Of a stretch of DNA of 64,000 nucleotides, positions 30,237 to 39,918 are shown one piece after another. The translations under genes and the position numbers were made by a program. This DNA comes from Bythopirellula sp. (GTDB lineage Bacteria > Planctomycetota > Planctomycetia > Pirellulales > Lacipirellulaceae). Under the pieces are notes generated by a model that was not told where the DNA came from, searched no databases, and was given only the letters and a program-made list of their open reading frames with translations. The number at the start of each line of letters is the position of its first letter. Within the stretch, counting starts at the first letter, position 1. The DNA lies in the NCBI GenBank assembly GCA_965216565.1, contig OZ244170.1, positions 1,344,001 to 1,408,000 of the forward strand. The letters run 5' to 3'.

Positions 30237-30761
30237 ATGTTGAGCAAGTCCCGTTCAGTCCGAATAGCCGTCAATGTTTGCGTGATCGGTGCGCTTTTGG
30301 TGCCAAATCCGGCACTTGGAACTGCCTTTGCAGGCGATTGCGATTCAACCATTGCTAGCACGCACAAGTGCGAGGGGTGTGGACGCTGCTCGGTGGCCGA
30401 CACGGGAGACCGCTGCGTTTGCTGTCGGAAGAACCCTGTTCGTAGCGTTGAACCTGCCAAGACTTGCTGCACAAAAAAGAAATGCTGTCGCAGCACAGCG
30501 GCAGCTTTGTCACCTAATAAGAATTCGACTGAGGCGGAGGTAAGTAGCTGCCAATGTGGAAGAAGTCCGCAGCCTACCACTCCGCCACCGCCGACCCGTA
30601 GCGCGGCTGAAAAACTCACCGAGTTAATCTCGGCTTCGGCGGTGCTCTATGTCAGCCACATCTGTGGCGAGTCACATTTCTCCTCTCATGAGTTGGAATT
30701 CGTTCCTCTTACATTGCTGTCGCGAGACACCCAGCGGCACCTCTGCGTCTGGCGCATTTGA
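30237..30761 (+). CDS. Cys-rich exported leader-like protein ending HLCVWRI
   Basis: Signal-like N-terminus, many CxxC/CC pairs, Pro-rich linker; first ORF of the cusBA operon. Confidence 0.65.
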   Translation: MLSKSRSVRIAVNVCVIGALLVPNPALGTAFAGDCDSTIASTHKCEGCGRCSVADTGDRCVCCRKNPVRSVEPAKTCCTKKKCCRSTAAALSPNKNSTEAEVSSCQCGRSPQPTTPPPPTRSAAEKLTELISASAVLYVSHICGESHFSSHELEFVPLTLLSRDTQRHLCVWRI

Positions 30762-30866
30762 TTCTCTGCGCCCCAGGTACGCGCTCATTTCCTGCAGATA
30801 GCAGGTAATACTGCGCGATGCTTCTATTCTGACGCCCCTTCAGCCTCCGATTCTGCGTTGATTGAA

Positions 30867-32558
30867 ATGACTACTCCTATTGAAAATGCGCCCGCGCCCA
30901 AACCAGACGTAAAGTCCAAACAAAGAATTCTATCTGGCGAAAGCCGTCAATGGCTGTTGCGAGTGGGGCTGAAATGCGTCGCACTTCTGGCAACGTTGAT
31001 CTTAGGCATTGTGTTGGTCGGTATAGCCCAACGCATCGGTTGGCTGAGCGCATCGAGCGGTTCCAAAGACGAATCATCAGTCAAGGCAACTGTGGCGACG
31101 GAATACACCTGCCCCATGCACCCAGAGATTCGACAAGACACGCCCGGCAAATGCCCCATCTGCGGTATGGAACTCGTTGCAGCGGAAGGTTCTCAAGCTG
31201 CAACGTCGGCAGCAGACGATTCGGCTGCGCCAACAGAGGAGCGATACATCTGCCCAATGATGTGTACCGAACCCTCTAGCGAGCCAGGCAAGTGTCCCGT
31301 CTGCGCGATGGACCTAGTAGAAGCTACGAGCGGTCCCGGAGGCGGGGAGCGGTCGGTTTCCATCGATTCACACGCCCGGAGAATCTTGGGTATTCGCACT
31401 GCCCAAGCCAAATCGGGAGAGGTCTATCGCACAATCCGGACAGTCGGGCAGATTGACTACGACGAGGAACAGGTCGCAACGATTGCCGCCTACGTCGATG
31501 GTCGCCTGGAAGAATTATTTGCTGAGTACGTGGGTGTGAAAGTCGACAAGGGCGACGACTTGGCGGTGCTTTACAGCCCGCAACTCTACTCGGCACAAGC
31601 TGAGTTTCTATCAAGCCGCGATACTCCTGCTTTGGATGCCTTAGGCGATGGAGCGACAAGACTCAGTGAGGTTGCGCTCGACAATCTGAAAGAGCTTGGC
31701 ATGAGCGAGGCACAGATCGCTGAGTTGCGGCGCAGCGGGGAGGCTCAAAAGCGTTTGCGAATTGCCTCGCCGATCGGGGGCACTGTTATCGCCAAGCACA
31801 AAGTTGAGGGTGACTACGTCAAAACCGGAGAGCCAATTTATCGTGTCGTCGATTTATCTATCGTCTGGCTAATGCTGGAACTCTACCCCAGCGATGCAGC
31901 GGCGGTGCGGTTTGGTCAGCAAGTGGAGGCTGAGGTTCAGTCGCTGCCCGGCGAAGTTTACACGGGCCGAGTCGCATTCATCGATCCGATGGTCGATGAG
32001 AAAACGCGTACGGTTGCTGTCCGAGTAGAAATGACTAACTTCGACGGACGCCTCAAGCCGGGCGACTACGCAACTGCCACGATTCGTGTCCCAGCCGTGC
32101 CTAGAGAAGAGGTTTACGATCCGGCGCTAGCGGGAAAATGGATTAGCCCCATGCATCCGCAGATCATTCGCAGCGGTCCGGGAGAATGCCCTATCTGCGG
32201 TATGGATCTGATTCCCACTAGTGACTTGGGCTATGTGGAAAAGCCTGTAGCCGAACAGCAACTGACAAGCGTCCCCAGAAGCGCGGTACTGATGGCTGGC
32301 GATAATTCGGTGGTCTACGTGGAAGTAGAACCAGGAGTGTTCGAGATTCGCGAAGTGACCGTGGGCGCTATGACCGACAACTCGGCCGTCATTCTCGACG
32401 GCATCCAAGCTGGAGAGACTGTGGCGACGGACGGGAACTTTTTGATCGACTCTCAGATGCAGCTGGGCGGCAAACCTTCGCTGATGGATCCTTCACGCGG
32501 CGAAGAAAGTGACGAAGACAGTGCGGCTATGCCGCAGGGGGCCGGGCATGCTCACTAG
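30867..32558 (+). CDS. cusB: CusB-type RND periplasmic adaptor with heavy-metal-binding domains
   Basis: YTCPMHPEI..PGKCPICGMEL, YICPMMC..CPVCAMDL, WISPMHPQI..CPICGMDL; LYSPQL; GNFLIDS. Confidence 0.88.
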   Translation: MTTPIENAPAPKPDVKSKQRILSGESRQWLLRVGLKCVALLATLILGIVLVGIAQRIGWLSASSGSKDESSVKATVATEYTCPMHPEIRQDTPGKCPICGMELVAAEGSQAATSAADDSAAPTEERYICPMMCTEPSSEPGKCPVCAMDLVEATSGPGGGERSVSIDSHARRILGIRTAQAKSGEVYRTIRTVGQIDYDEEQVATIAAYVDGRLEELFAEYVGVKVDKGDDLAVLYSPQLYSAQAEFLSSRDTPALDALGDGATRLSEVALDNLKELGMSEAQIAELRRSGEAQKRLRIASPIGGTVIAKHKVEGDYVKTGEPIYRVVDLSIVWLMLELYPSDAAAVRFGQQVEAEVQSLPGEVYTGRVAFIDPMVDEKTRTVAVRVEMTNFDGRLKPGDYATATIRVPAVPREEVYDPALAGKWISPMHPQIIRSGPGECPICGMDLIPTSDLGYVEKPVAEQQLTSVPRSAVLMAGDNSVVYVEVEPGVFEIREVTVGAMTDNSAVILDGIQAGETVATDGNFLIDSQMQLGGKPSLMDPSRGEESDEDSAAMPQGAGHAH

Positions 32559-35500
32559 TCTCGTCAGATTTTGTGTCAAAGAAGCACCGCTGGTCGTGCT
32601 GCTGACCATAGGGTTAGTCGTTTATGGTTGGTACAGCTACCAGACCGTGCCGATCGATGCGATTCCCAATGTCGGCGAGAACCAGGTGATCGTACTGACG
32701 CCTTGGCCGGGGCGTTCGCCGAAAGACATCGAAGATCAAGTCACCTATCCGCTCAGCGTGTCTCTACTTGCCGTGCCGGGAGCGGAAAGCGTGCGGGGCA
32801 AAAGCATGTTCGGATATTCGTTCGTGCAAGTGACCTTCAAAGATAGCATCGATTTTTACTGGGCCCGCAGCCGTGTCTCCGAACAGCTCGGATCGGCCGC
32901 TGCGCAACTACCAGATGGCGTGACCCCACAGCTAGGTCCCGACGCGACCGGCTTGGGACAAATCCTCTACTACATTCTCATCCCGCCTAAAGAAGGCAGA
33001 AGCCTGGCCGAACTGCGGTCTCTGCAAGACTTCGTCGTAAAGTTTGAACTGCAAGCGGTCGAAGGCGTCAGCGAGGTGGCCTCGATTGGCGGCTACGTCC
33101 GGCAATATCAGATAGAAGTTGATCCGGACAAATTGAGGTTTCACAACCTGCCCCTCGATCAACTCGTGATGGCAGTGAGGGGTTCTAATCTGGATGTGGG
33201 CGCTAAGACCATTGAATCGTCCGGGATGGAGTTCATCGTTCGCGGCAAGGGATTCTTAGGCACCGGTGGCGATGTTGCCAAGGCGATTCGCGATATTGAG
33301 GAAACCGTCATCGAGCAGCGCGACGGCGTACCGCTGCGAATTCAGGACGTCGCCCGGGTGCAACTGGGTCCCGACTTTCGGCGTGGTGCGCTCGACTACA
33401 ACGGCGGCGAAGCGGTAGGTGGTGTCGTGGTGATGCGCTACGGCGAAAATCCACGCGCGGTGATCGATCGCGTTAAAACTCGCATTGAGCAAATCACACC
33501 ATCTTTGGGCGGCGTAACCATCAAGGCGATCTATGACCGTACTGGGCTGATTGACGAAACGGTGGGCACACTCACAACCGCGCTACGTGAAGAAATCATC
33601 ATCACCGCGATAGTGATCTTACTATTCTTGCTGCATATCCGCAGCAGTCTGATCGTCGCCGCGACATTGCCCGTGGCAGTGCTTCTTTCCTTCGTAGCAA
33701 TGAAAACCTTTGGCGTCGATGCAAACATTATGTCTCTCGCCGGGATTGCTATTGCCATCGGGACGATGGTCGATATGGGAATCATCGTATCTGAAAACAT
33801 CTATCAGCATTTGGCGGAATGGGAAAGGGAGGGTTCATCCGGCGGCCGCGAGCGGCGGGCAAAGGTGATTGCAGACGCGGCAACCGAAGTCGCTCCAGCA
33901 GTCGTCACGGCAGTGACAACAACCATCGTCAGTTTTCTGCCAGTGTTTTTCCTGACCGGACGTGATTATAAGCTGTTTAGTCCCCTGGCATGGACCAAGA
34001 CTTTCGCGATTGCATCCGCATTGCTCGTAGCGATCACTCTTGTGCCAGCTCTTTGCAGGTTGCTGCTCCGAAGTGCTCGCTGGCCAAAGGGTGTCAGCAT
34101 CGCCTCGGCAATCACAGGATCGCTGCTTGCTGGAATGATAGTCTACCTTCTTTGGGCGGATGCCATTGAGCAAGCTTACTCGGTACCGCCGATCGCTTCG
34201 ACTGCGATTGCACTCGTGCTGGGAGGAGGGGCTGGTTGGCTGATGACTCGCGAGCGAGTGAAGCCCATCGAGGAAGGTTTTGTCAGCCGCTGGATTGTTC
34301 GCGCGTACGTACCAACCCTGCGTCTATTCCTCGCTTATAAGGCTGCATTCTTAACGCTTCCGTTGTTGATTATTGTCGTCGGCCTGGGAGGATGGATTGG
34401 CCTGCCGACGGTGCTTGCTCCGGCAGAAAAAGTCGTCAGTTGGTTAGGAGTCAGGCCGAACGAATTACCCGGCTACGTTGGCCTCAAACACAGCTTCACG
34501 GGTCTGGAGAGCGACGATTGGATCGCGCTGGACGAAGGAAGCTGGTTCTACATGCCAACGCTCTACCCCGCGGCCAGTTTCACCCAAGCAATGCAAGTGT
34601 TGCAGTCGCAGGATGTGCTCATCAAGCAGATTCCCGAGGTAGATGATGTGCTCGGCAAGATCGGTCGCGTGGAATCGGCACTCGACCCGGCGCCTGCTGC
34701 GATGGTGGAGACGTACGTGATGCTCAAACCGCGCGATCAATGGCGCGAAGGAGTTTCGTCGCGTGACGTGTGGGACGAGATCAATGCAGCGGCCACACTG
34801 CCGGGAGTAACGCCCGCGAGTCCTCTGCAACCGATCGAAGGCCGTGTGGTGATGCTGCAAAGCGGTATTAAGGCACCGATGGCAATCCGAATTTACGGTG
34901 ATACGCTCAGCGATTTGGCCGACGCCGCTCTCTCCGTCGCCGCCCATCTGAAAGAATCGCCCTACGTCAATGCAGGCACGGTCAATCCTGACATCGTGCT
35001 TGGCAAGCCTTACGTTGAGTTTACTGTCGATCGCGAAGCCGCAGCCCGTTACGGCATGACCGTTAAAATGGTCAATCAAGTCGTTGAGACCGCACTCGGT
35101 GGCATGAACCTCATCAAGACTGTAGAAGGTCGCGAACGCTATCCCGTGCGACTACGCTATCGTCGCGATCTGAGAGAACGAATTGATCAACTTGCTACAC
35201 TTCCGGTGGTGACGCACTCAGGCGCCGTCGTGCCGCTCGAAGAATTAGCCACGCTGGAAACGACCTGGGGGCCAGGTGCCATCAACAGTGAAAATGCTCG
35301 GCTGGTTGCCCATGTGGCGTTTGCCAGTAGTGGTCGTGTGGGAGACTTGGAATCGGTCGCTGCAATCGAGAAATCGCTTCGCGAAGCACAGGCATTGCCG
35401 GAAAGCGATCCACAGCGATTGAGTTTGCCAGCAGGCTACTCGCTTGAAGCGGTTGGAAGCTTCACCAATCAAATCGAAGCCAACCGTCGGCTGCTATGGC

Positions 35501-36063
35501 TGGTTCCGTTGGTCGTAGTAATCAACTTATTGATTATCTATCTTCAATTTCGGCATTGGCCAATCACCTTGGCAGTATTCGCGGGCATCCCCGTGGCGTT
35601 TGCCGGAGGGATGATCATGCTTGCCCTCTACGGCACGCAAATGAATACCGCCGTATGGGTCGGCTTTATCGCCCTGTTCGGCATTGCCGTCGACGATGGC
35701 GTAGTCATTGCCACATACCTAGATCAAGTTTTCACGCGGCTCAAGCTCAAAACCGTTGAGGACATCCGGTTCGCCACGATTGAGGCTGGCATGCGTCGCA
35801 TCAGGCCTTGCTTGATGACCACGGCGACGACGGTCTTGGCCTTGGTGCCTGTGCTGTTGTCGACAGGCCGTGGAGCTGATGTGGCAAGAGCTATGGCCCT
35901 ACCAGTGTTTGGAGGAATGATCGTTGAGTTGGTAACGCTGTTTGTCGTGCCGGTCGTGTTTTGCGGCTACAAAGAATTCAAGATGCGAATGGGGCTTGCT
36001 GATCGCCATTGGGAAGGTGTGGAGTCAGCAGGCCAGGCAACTGATTTTGTGCCGGCGGTGTAG
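32548..36063 (+). CDS. cusA: CusA/CzcA-family heavy-metal RND efflux permease
   Basis: PIDAIP, WPGRSP..EDQVTYP, GPDATGLG, AIAIGTMVD, DPAP, GIAVDDG, RIRPCLMT. Confidence 0.92.
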   Translation: MLTSLVRFCVKEAPLVVLLTIGLVVYGWYSYQTVPIDAIPNVGENQVIVLTPWPGRSPKDIEDQVTYPLSVSLLAVPGAESVRGKSMFGYSFVQVTFKDSIDFYWARSRVSEQLGSAAAQLPDGVTPQLGPDATGLGQILYYILIPPKEGRSLAELRSLQDFVVKFELQAVEGVSEVASIGGYVRQYQIEVDPDKLRFHNLPLDQLVMAVRGSNLDVGAKTIESSGMEFIVRGKGFLGTGGDVAKAIRDIEETVIEQRDGVPLRIQDVARVQLGPDFRRGALDYNGGEAVGGVVVMRYGENPRAVIDRVKTRIEQITPSLGGVTIKAIYDRTGLIDETVGTLTTALREEIIITAIVILLFLLHIRSSLIVAATLPVAVLLSFVAMKTFGVDANIMSLAGIAIAIGTMVDMGIIVSENIYQHLAEWEREGSSGGRERRAKVIADAATEVAPAVVTAVTTTIVSFLPVFFLTGRDYKLFSPLAWTKTFAIASALLVAITLVPALCRLLLRSARWPKGVSIASAITGSLLAGMIVYLLWADAIEQAYSVPPIASTAIALVLGGGAGWLMTRERVKPIEEGFVSRWIVRAYVPTLRLFLAYKAAFLTLPLLIIVVGLGGWIGLPTVLAPAEKVVSWLGVRPNELPGYVGLKHSFTGLESDDWIALDEGSWFYMPTLYPAASFTQAMQVLQSQDVLIKQIPEVDDVLGKIGRVESALDPAPAAMVETYVMLKPRDQWREGVSSRDVWDEINAAATLPGVTPASPLQPIEGRVVMLQSGIKAPMAIRIYGDTLSDLADAALSVAAHLKESPYVNAGTVNPDIVLGKPYVEFTVDREAAARYGMTVKMVNQVVETALGGMNLIKTVEGRERYPVRLRYRRDLRERIDQLATLPVVTHSGAVVPLEELATLETTWGPGAINSENARLVAHVAFASSGRVGDLESVAAIEKSLREAQALPESDPQRLSLPAGYSLEAVGSFTNQIEANRRLLWLVPLVVVINLLIIYLQFRHWPITLAVFAGIPVAFAGGMIMLALYGTQMNTAVWVGFIALFGIAVDDGVVIATYLDQVFTRLKLKTVEDIRFATIEAGMRRIRPCLMTTATTVLALVPVLLSTGRGADVARAMALPVFGGMIVELVTLFVVPVVFCGYKEFKMRMGLADRHWEGVESAGQATDFVPAV

Positions 36064-36111
36064 GGATAGATTGCTGGCTTATTTAGATTCTGTTTAGAAA
36101 GGATTGGAAAA

Positions 36112-37371
36112 ATGAGAAAACTGATTTCGATTGTTATTGTCAGCACATTGTTGCTAAGTGCGTCGTTAGCGTGGGCGCAATCTCGACAAGAGTCCCGCAA
36201 TCAAGGCGAAAGCGATCATCACGCTCATGATCACACAGATAGCCAGCAGGACGAAACTTCCAAGACATTGCCTGAGGAGAAACCACGTAAGGATAACACT
36301 GGTCCTCATGGAGGCACTGTTCAGCAAGTAGGCGTTTTGCAGGTAGAGACTCTAATTGAACCGGGAGGACTGCGTCTGTTTATCACCGATCACAGCGGAA
36401 AGGCTCTCGACTTGAGTGGTGCTCGTGGTCTCGCCACCCTTCACGTTGCAGGAGACGCAAAACGTTACCGCTACGACCTATTTCCCGACACAGGAGAAAA
36501 TAAGCAAGCAGGATCGATGGCGGTAGCAGTCGACTTTTCCCGTATTGCAGGCCGCGATGTGGAGGTTGCCTATCAACTGGTGGGCGTTCAAGGAGAACGA
36601 CGACCATTGCATTTCTCTGTCGCTGCCTCGGTACCGATGACCGAAGCACAAAAAATGGCCGCCGCGATCGAGGCTCAGAAAGTGTGCCCTGTCAGCGGCC
36701 AACCGTTGGGTGCGATGGGCAAACCAATCGCCGTTGCTGCCGGCGATCGGACAATCTACGTGTGCTGTGAAGGGTGTATCGAGAGTGTACAAGAGGAGCC
36801 TGAGAAGTATTTGGAGATTGTGTTCGGGGCATCCGGCACCGTCCCCCCCGGAAGCGAAGAGGTCCGCCCAGGTGTGTTCGAGGTAGTTGCCGCCGACCAA
36901 CCCTTTATCTCTGCGCAACAAAAATGCCCAGTCATGGATGAAGCACTCGACGGCATGGGGGGCCCTTACAAAGTGCACGCTAATGGCAAGGCGATTTATA
37001 TTTGCTGCCCAGGTTGCGCAAAGAAGATCATTGCCGAGCCAACCAAGTATTTGGAAGTGTTATCAGAACAGGGCATTCATCCACCCGAATTAAAAGAGGC
37101 GACTCATGCTGCTGTTACCTCGCAAGGTGAAGAAGTCCGACCTGGCATCTTCAAAGTGACAGCTGCCGACAAACCCTTTGTCCAAGCGCAGAAGTTGTGC
37201 CCAGTTATGGACGAACCCTTGGACGGGATGGGTGGGCCTTACCGTACCGATGTGGCAGGCCGTGTCGTCTACCTTTGCTGCCCCGGATGCGCAAAGAAGT
37301 TGCGTGCGAGTCCAGATAAGTTTCTCGAGAAACTGGCGAATCAAGGAGTAACGCCACCCGTAGCCCAGTAA
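36112..37371 (+). CDS. Exported protein with GPHGG motif and three YHS/TRASH-like Cys repeats
   Basis: Three copies of QK.CPV...L..MG.P.....G..IY.CC.GC; His-rich N-terminus. Confidence 0.8.
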   Translation: MRKLISIVIVSTLLLSASLAWAQSRQESRNQGESDHHAHDHTDSQQDETSKTLPEEKPRKDNTGPHGGTVQQVGVLQVETLIEPGGLRLFITDHSGKALDLSGARGLATLHVAGDAKRYRYDLFPDTGENKQAGSMAVAVDFSRIAGRDVEVAYQLVGVQGERRPLHFSVAASVPMTEAQKMAAAIEAQKVCPVSGQPLGAMGKPIAVAAGDRTIYVCCEGCIESVQEEPEKYLEIVFGASGTVPPGSEEVRPGVFEVVAADQPFISAQQKCPVMDEALDGMGGPYKVHANGKAIYICCPGCAKKIIAEPTKYLEVLSEQGIHPPELKEATHAAVTSQGEEVRPGIFKVTAADKPFVQAQKLCPVMDEPLDGMGGPYRTDVAGRVVYLCCPGCAKKLRASPDKFLEKLANQGVTPPVAQ

Positions 37372-37462
37372 CGTGAATGAAGAGTTACGCGGGGGCGGCG
37401 ACGCGTGGATGGTAGGTTCTGCCTATCGGAAGGGCCCCGTCGCCTCCGCCTTTCCTCTGAAG

Positions 37463-37756
37463 CTAATCGACAACACTCGCGTACTTGCGAAAAAGCTCGA
37501 TTAATTCATCCAGTTTTTCATTCCTCGCCTTCGCACTGCCACTTCTTGCAGCGTCGGCTACACAAGTACGTATATGACTCTCAATGATGAGTTGCCCGAC
37601 TTTCCCTAGAGCGCCGCTAGCCGCCGCAATTTGAGTAAGAATTTCTACACAGTACACGTCCTCGTCCATCATGCGCTGAACCGCAGCCACTTGGCCTGAA
37701 ATACGACGGAGCCGATTCGACAGTTTAGATTTTTCGTGTTCAGTGAGCATCGCCAC
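37463..37756 (-). CDS. csoR: CsoR-family metal-sensing transcriptional repressor
   Basis: RLRRISGQV, YCVEILTQIAA, ESHIRTC (Cys-His-Cys ligand set). Confidence 0.9.
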   Translation of the reverse strand: MAMLTEHEKSKLSNRLRRISGQVAAVQRMMDEDVYCVEILTQIAAASGALGKVGQLIIESHIRTCVADAARSGSAKARNEKLDELIELFRKYASVVD

Positions 37757-37865
37757 CAGACGCCATTTGCCATTGGGGAAGGAAAAACGAGATCACCCAT
37801 ATTAACGGCAAATGACGTCCGGGCCTAGCGGAAGCAGCGAACTGAATGGCATTCAACCAAGCTGG

Positions 37866-38192
37866 CTAGCTGGCGACCGAGCGACAAGCTTCAGCGCATT
37901 TACGGCAACTATCAGCGCAGTTTTGGCAGTGGTCGTGGTCGTGGGCATCGCACTGCTCTGCGCACCAATCACAGATCTTTGCGCAAAGTTGGCAAAATTC
38001 GCCTACATACCGTCCGTTTATCGCCATGGCTTCGACACAGGCCCGGCAAATCGCCGCACATTCAAGGCAACATTTTGGGCAGTCATTGGAACTATCCTTG
38101 CCCAGCATTCCTTCGACGCAGGCCAAGCAGTCGGCCAGACAGGCATTGCATGCCTCGATGCAAGTTTCGTATTTTTTCGTTGTGGTAGACAT
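37866..38192 (-). CDS. Four-helix-bundle copper storage protein (Csp3/DUF326-like)
   Basis: About 20 Cys in CxxxC/CxxC spacing; no signal peptide. Confidence 0.88.
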   Translation of the reverse strand: MSTTTKKYETCIEACNACLADCLACVEGMLGKDSSNDCPKCCLECAAICRACVEAMAINGRYVGEFCQLCAKICDWCAEQCDAHDHDHCQNCADSCRKCAEACRSVAS

Positions 38193-38264
38193 CCGGTTTT
38201 CTCCTATTCTGGTGGTGAAGGCGAGGTTCTCGCCGAATAACTGACTGAATTAGGAGCAAATCGC

Positions 38265-38281
38265 ATACCACCCTGGGGTAT
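38265..38281. promoter_or_regulatory. Putative CsoR operator upstream of csp-csoR
   Basis: ATACCACCCTGGGGTAT: C-tract/G-tract flanked by a TAC/GTA inverted repeat. Confidence 0.7.
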
Positions 38282-38303
38282 TGTGCCATGCCGAGGGGAA
38301 AAT

Positions 38304-39848
38304 CTAACTGTGTTTCATCTGTGGAGCGGCCTGATAGTCGCCCGGTGTGCCAAACCGTCGCACGATCTCGGCAAAAACGGCGCCCTTTTCGACAGGTTCG
38401 TCGCTTTCCATAACGATGCGATAGAGGTCGTCAGGTAGAACTCGCATCACCGTCATCAGCCCTTTGACAGCCATTAGATAGTTGGCTCGCATCCCTTGTA
38501 CTTCACGCCTATTCCACAGCGTTTTCATGGTCGACTTGTTCATCGACATACCTTGCATCTTCTGGGGGTAGCCTGGCGTGGAAAAACTCTGGCCATGATT
38601 AGCATCGACTGACGGTCGGCTATCCAAATTGGCAAGATAACGATCGACGGAACTGTTGCTGCGAATGCGCGGTCCTACCTGTCTTGTCATGTGGTTCATC
38701 ATGTGATGAACCATATGGCAGTGGAAAATCCAATCGCCAGGATTATTAGCAACGAATTCGAATGTAGAGGCTTGGGCGACCCCTACGAGTTCATTGTTTC
38801 GCGGAATCCAGGCACTCTTGGGGGCGCGTGCACCTTCGTGTCCTGTCACCCAAAATGTGTGACCATGGAGGTGGATTGGGTGATGCTGCATAGGGGCGAA
38901 ATTCATCAGTCGCACTCGTACTCGTTCGCCATGCTTGCAAACGAGCGGCGTGGTGTATGGGCCGCTACGACCGTTGATCGTATGCCAATTCCAATCCATC
39001 GACCAACTGTCGGAAATGGTTTGAGTGGGCTCAATAAAAAAGTTTTGAAATATTAGACCAAAATCACGGTCTACGGGAGGGTCGAACACTTTCTTGGGAT
39101 GTACGATAAACCACCCAACCTGGCCAAAGGCTTCCTGCATTGCGACATGCGAATGGTAGAAAAAGGTACCTTCCTCATGAACGTTGAATTCATAGACGAA
39201 GGTCTCGCCTGGTTTGATAGGATTTTGAGTGAGAGTTGCCGCACCATCGTATTGCACGGGCATCTCAAATCCATGCCAATGAACAAACGTATCTTCAGGC
39301 AGCTCGTTGGTGACAACAAGGCGGACCCGATCACCTTGGTTCACTTCGATTGTTGGTCCTGGCATGCTACCGTTGTAGCCATAGACGTTCATTTTGTAGC
39401 CCGGTAAGAATTCTCGTTCGACTGCCATGGGAACCAGATGAAACTCTTTGGCACCGTTGACCATTTTCCAGGGTAGTTTTTGGAGATCCGGTGCGACGAA
39501 AGGTGCTGGGCCAGCGGCGGCACTTCGAAACCCTGGAACCAATTTGCCGAGATAGTAATCAGAGTCTGGATCGTTGCCTCGGCTAGGTTGGTAGCGCGAA
39601 AAGCCGTCGAACTCCTCGGCATCGCCGACAGGCCGATTGGCCGAAGCATTGCCAATCGGCGCAGGCATTCGGTGCCCACTTCCATGATTATCGTGCTGAT
39701 TACTCGCACTGTGTATTAGAGGGCCTGACTGGATAGACTGGGCGTTTGCCTGGTTGGCAAGAACGCCGCCTGCAAATGCTCCGCCTGCGGCGATGGCAGA
39801 CTTTTTGAGAAAGTCACGACGAAGAGTATCATCCGGCTGTTTGGTCAT
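38304..39848 (-). CDS. Tat-exported multicopper oxidase
   Basis: RRDFLK Tat signal; HWHG, YHSH, HPIHLHGH, HCHMVHHM copper ligands. Confidence 0.9.
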   Translation of the reverse strand: MTKQPDDTLRRDFLKKSAIAAGGAFAGGVLANQANAQSIQSGPLIHSASNQHDNHGSGHRMPAPIGNASANRPVGDAEEFDGFSRYQPSRGNDPDSDYYLGKLVPGFRSAAAGPAPFVAPDLQKLPWKMVNGAKEFHLVPMAVEREFLPGYKMNVYGYNGSMPGPTIEVNQGDRVRLVVTNELPEDTFVHWHGFEMPVQYDGAATLTQNPIKPGETFVYEFNVHEEGTFFYHSHVAMQEAFGQVGWFIVHPKKVFDPPVDRDFGLIFQNFFIEPTQTISDSWSMDWNWHTINGRSGPYTTPLVCKHGERVRVRLMNFAPMQHHPIHLHGHTFWVTGHEGARAPKSAWIPRNNELVGVAQASTFEFVANNPGDWIFHCHMVHHMMNHMTRQVGPRIRSNSSVDRYLANLDSRPSVDANHGQSFSTPGYPQKMQGMSMNKSTMKTLWNRREVQGMRANYLMAVKGLMTVMRVLPDDLYRIVMESDEPVEKGAVFAEIVRRFGTPGDYQAAPQMKHS

Positions 39849-39918
39849 GACAGAAACTCACTTAACTAGGGCAGGAGGTAAAACTCGTAAATGTGGTAGG
39901 ATGAGGTTTTAAAGGAAC

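Noticed and set aside
30194..30619. 141-aa minus-strand ORF and the many other antisense ORFs within long genes
   Set aside because: Fully overlapped by better-supported genes on the opposite strand.
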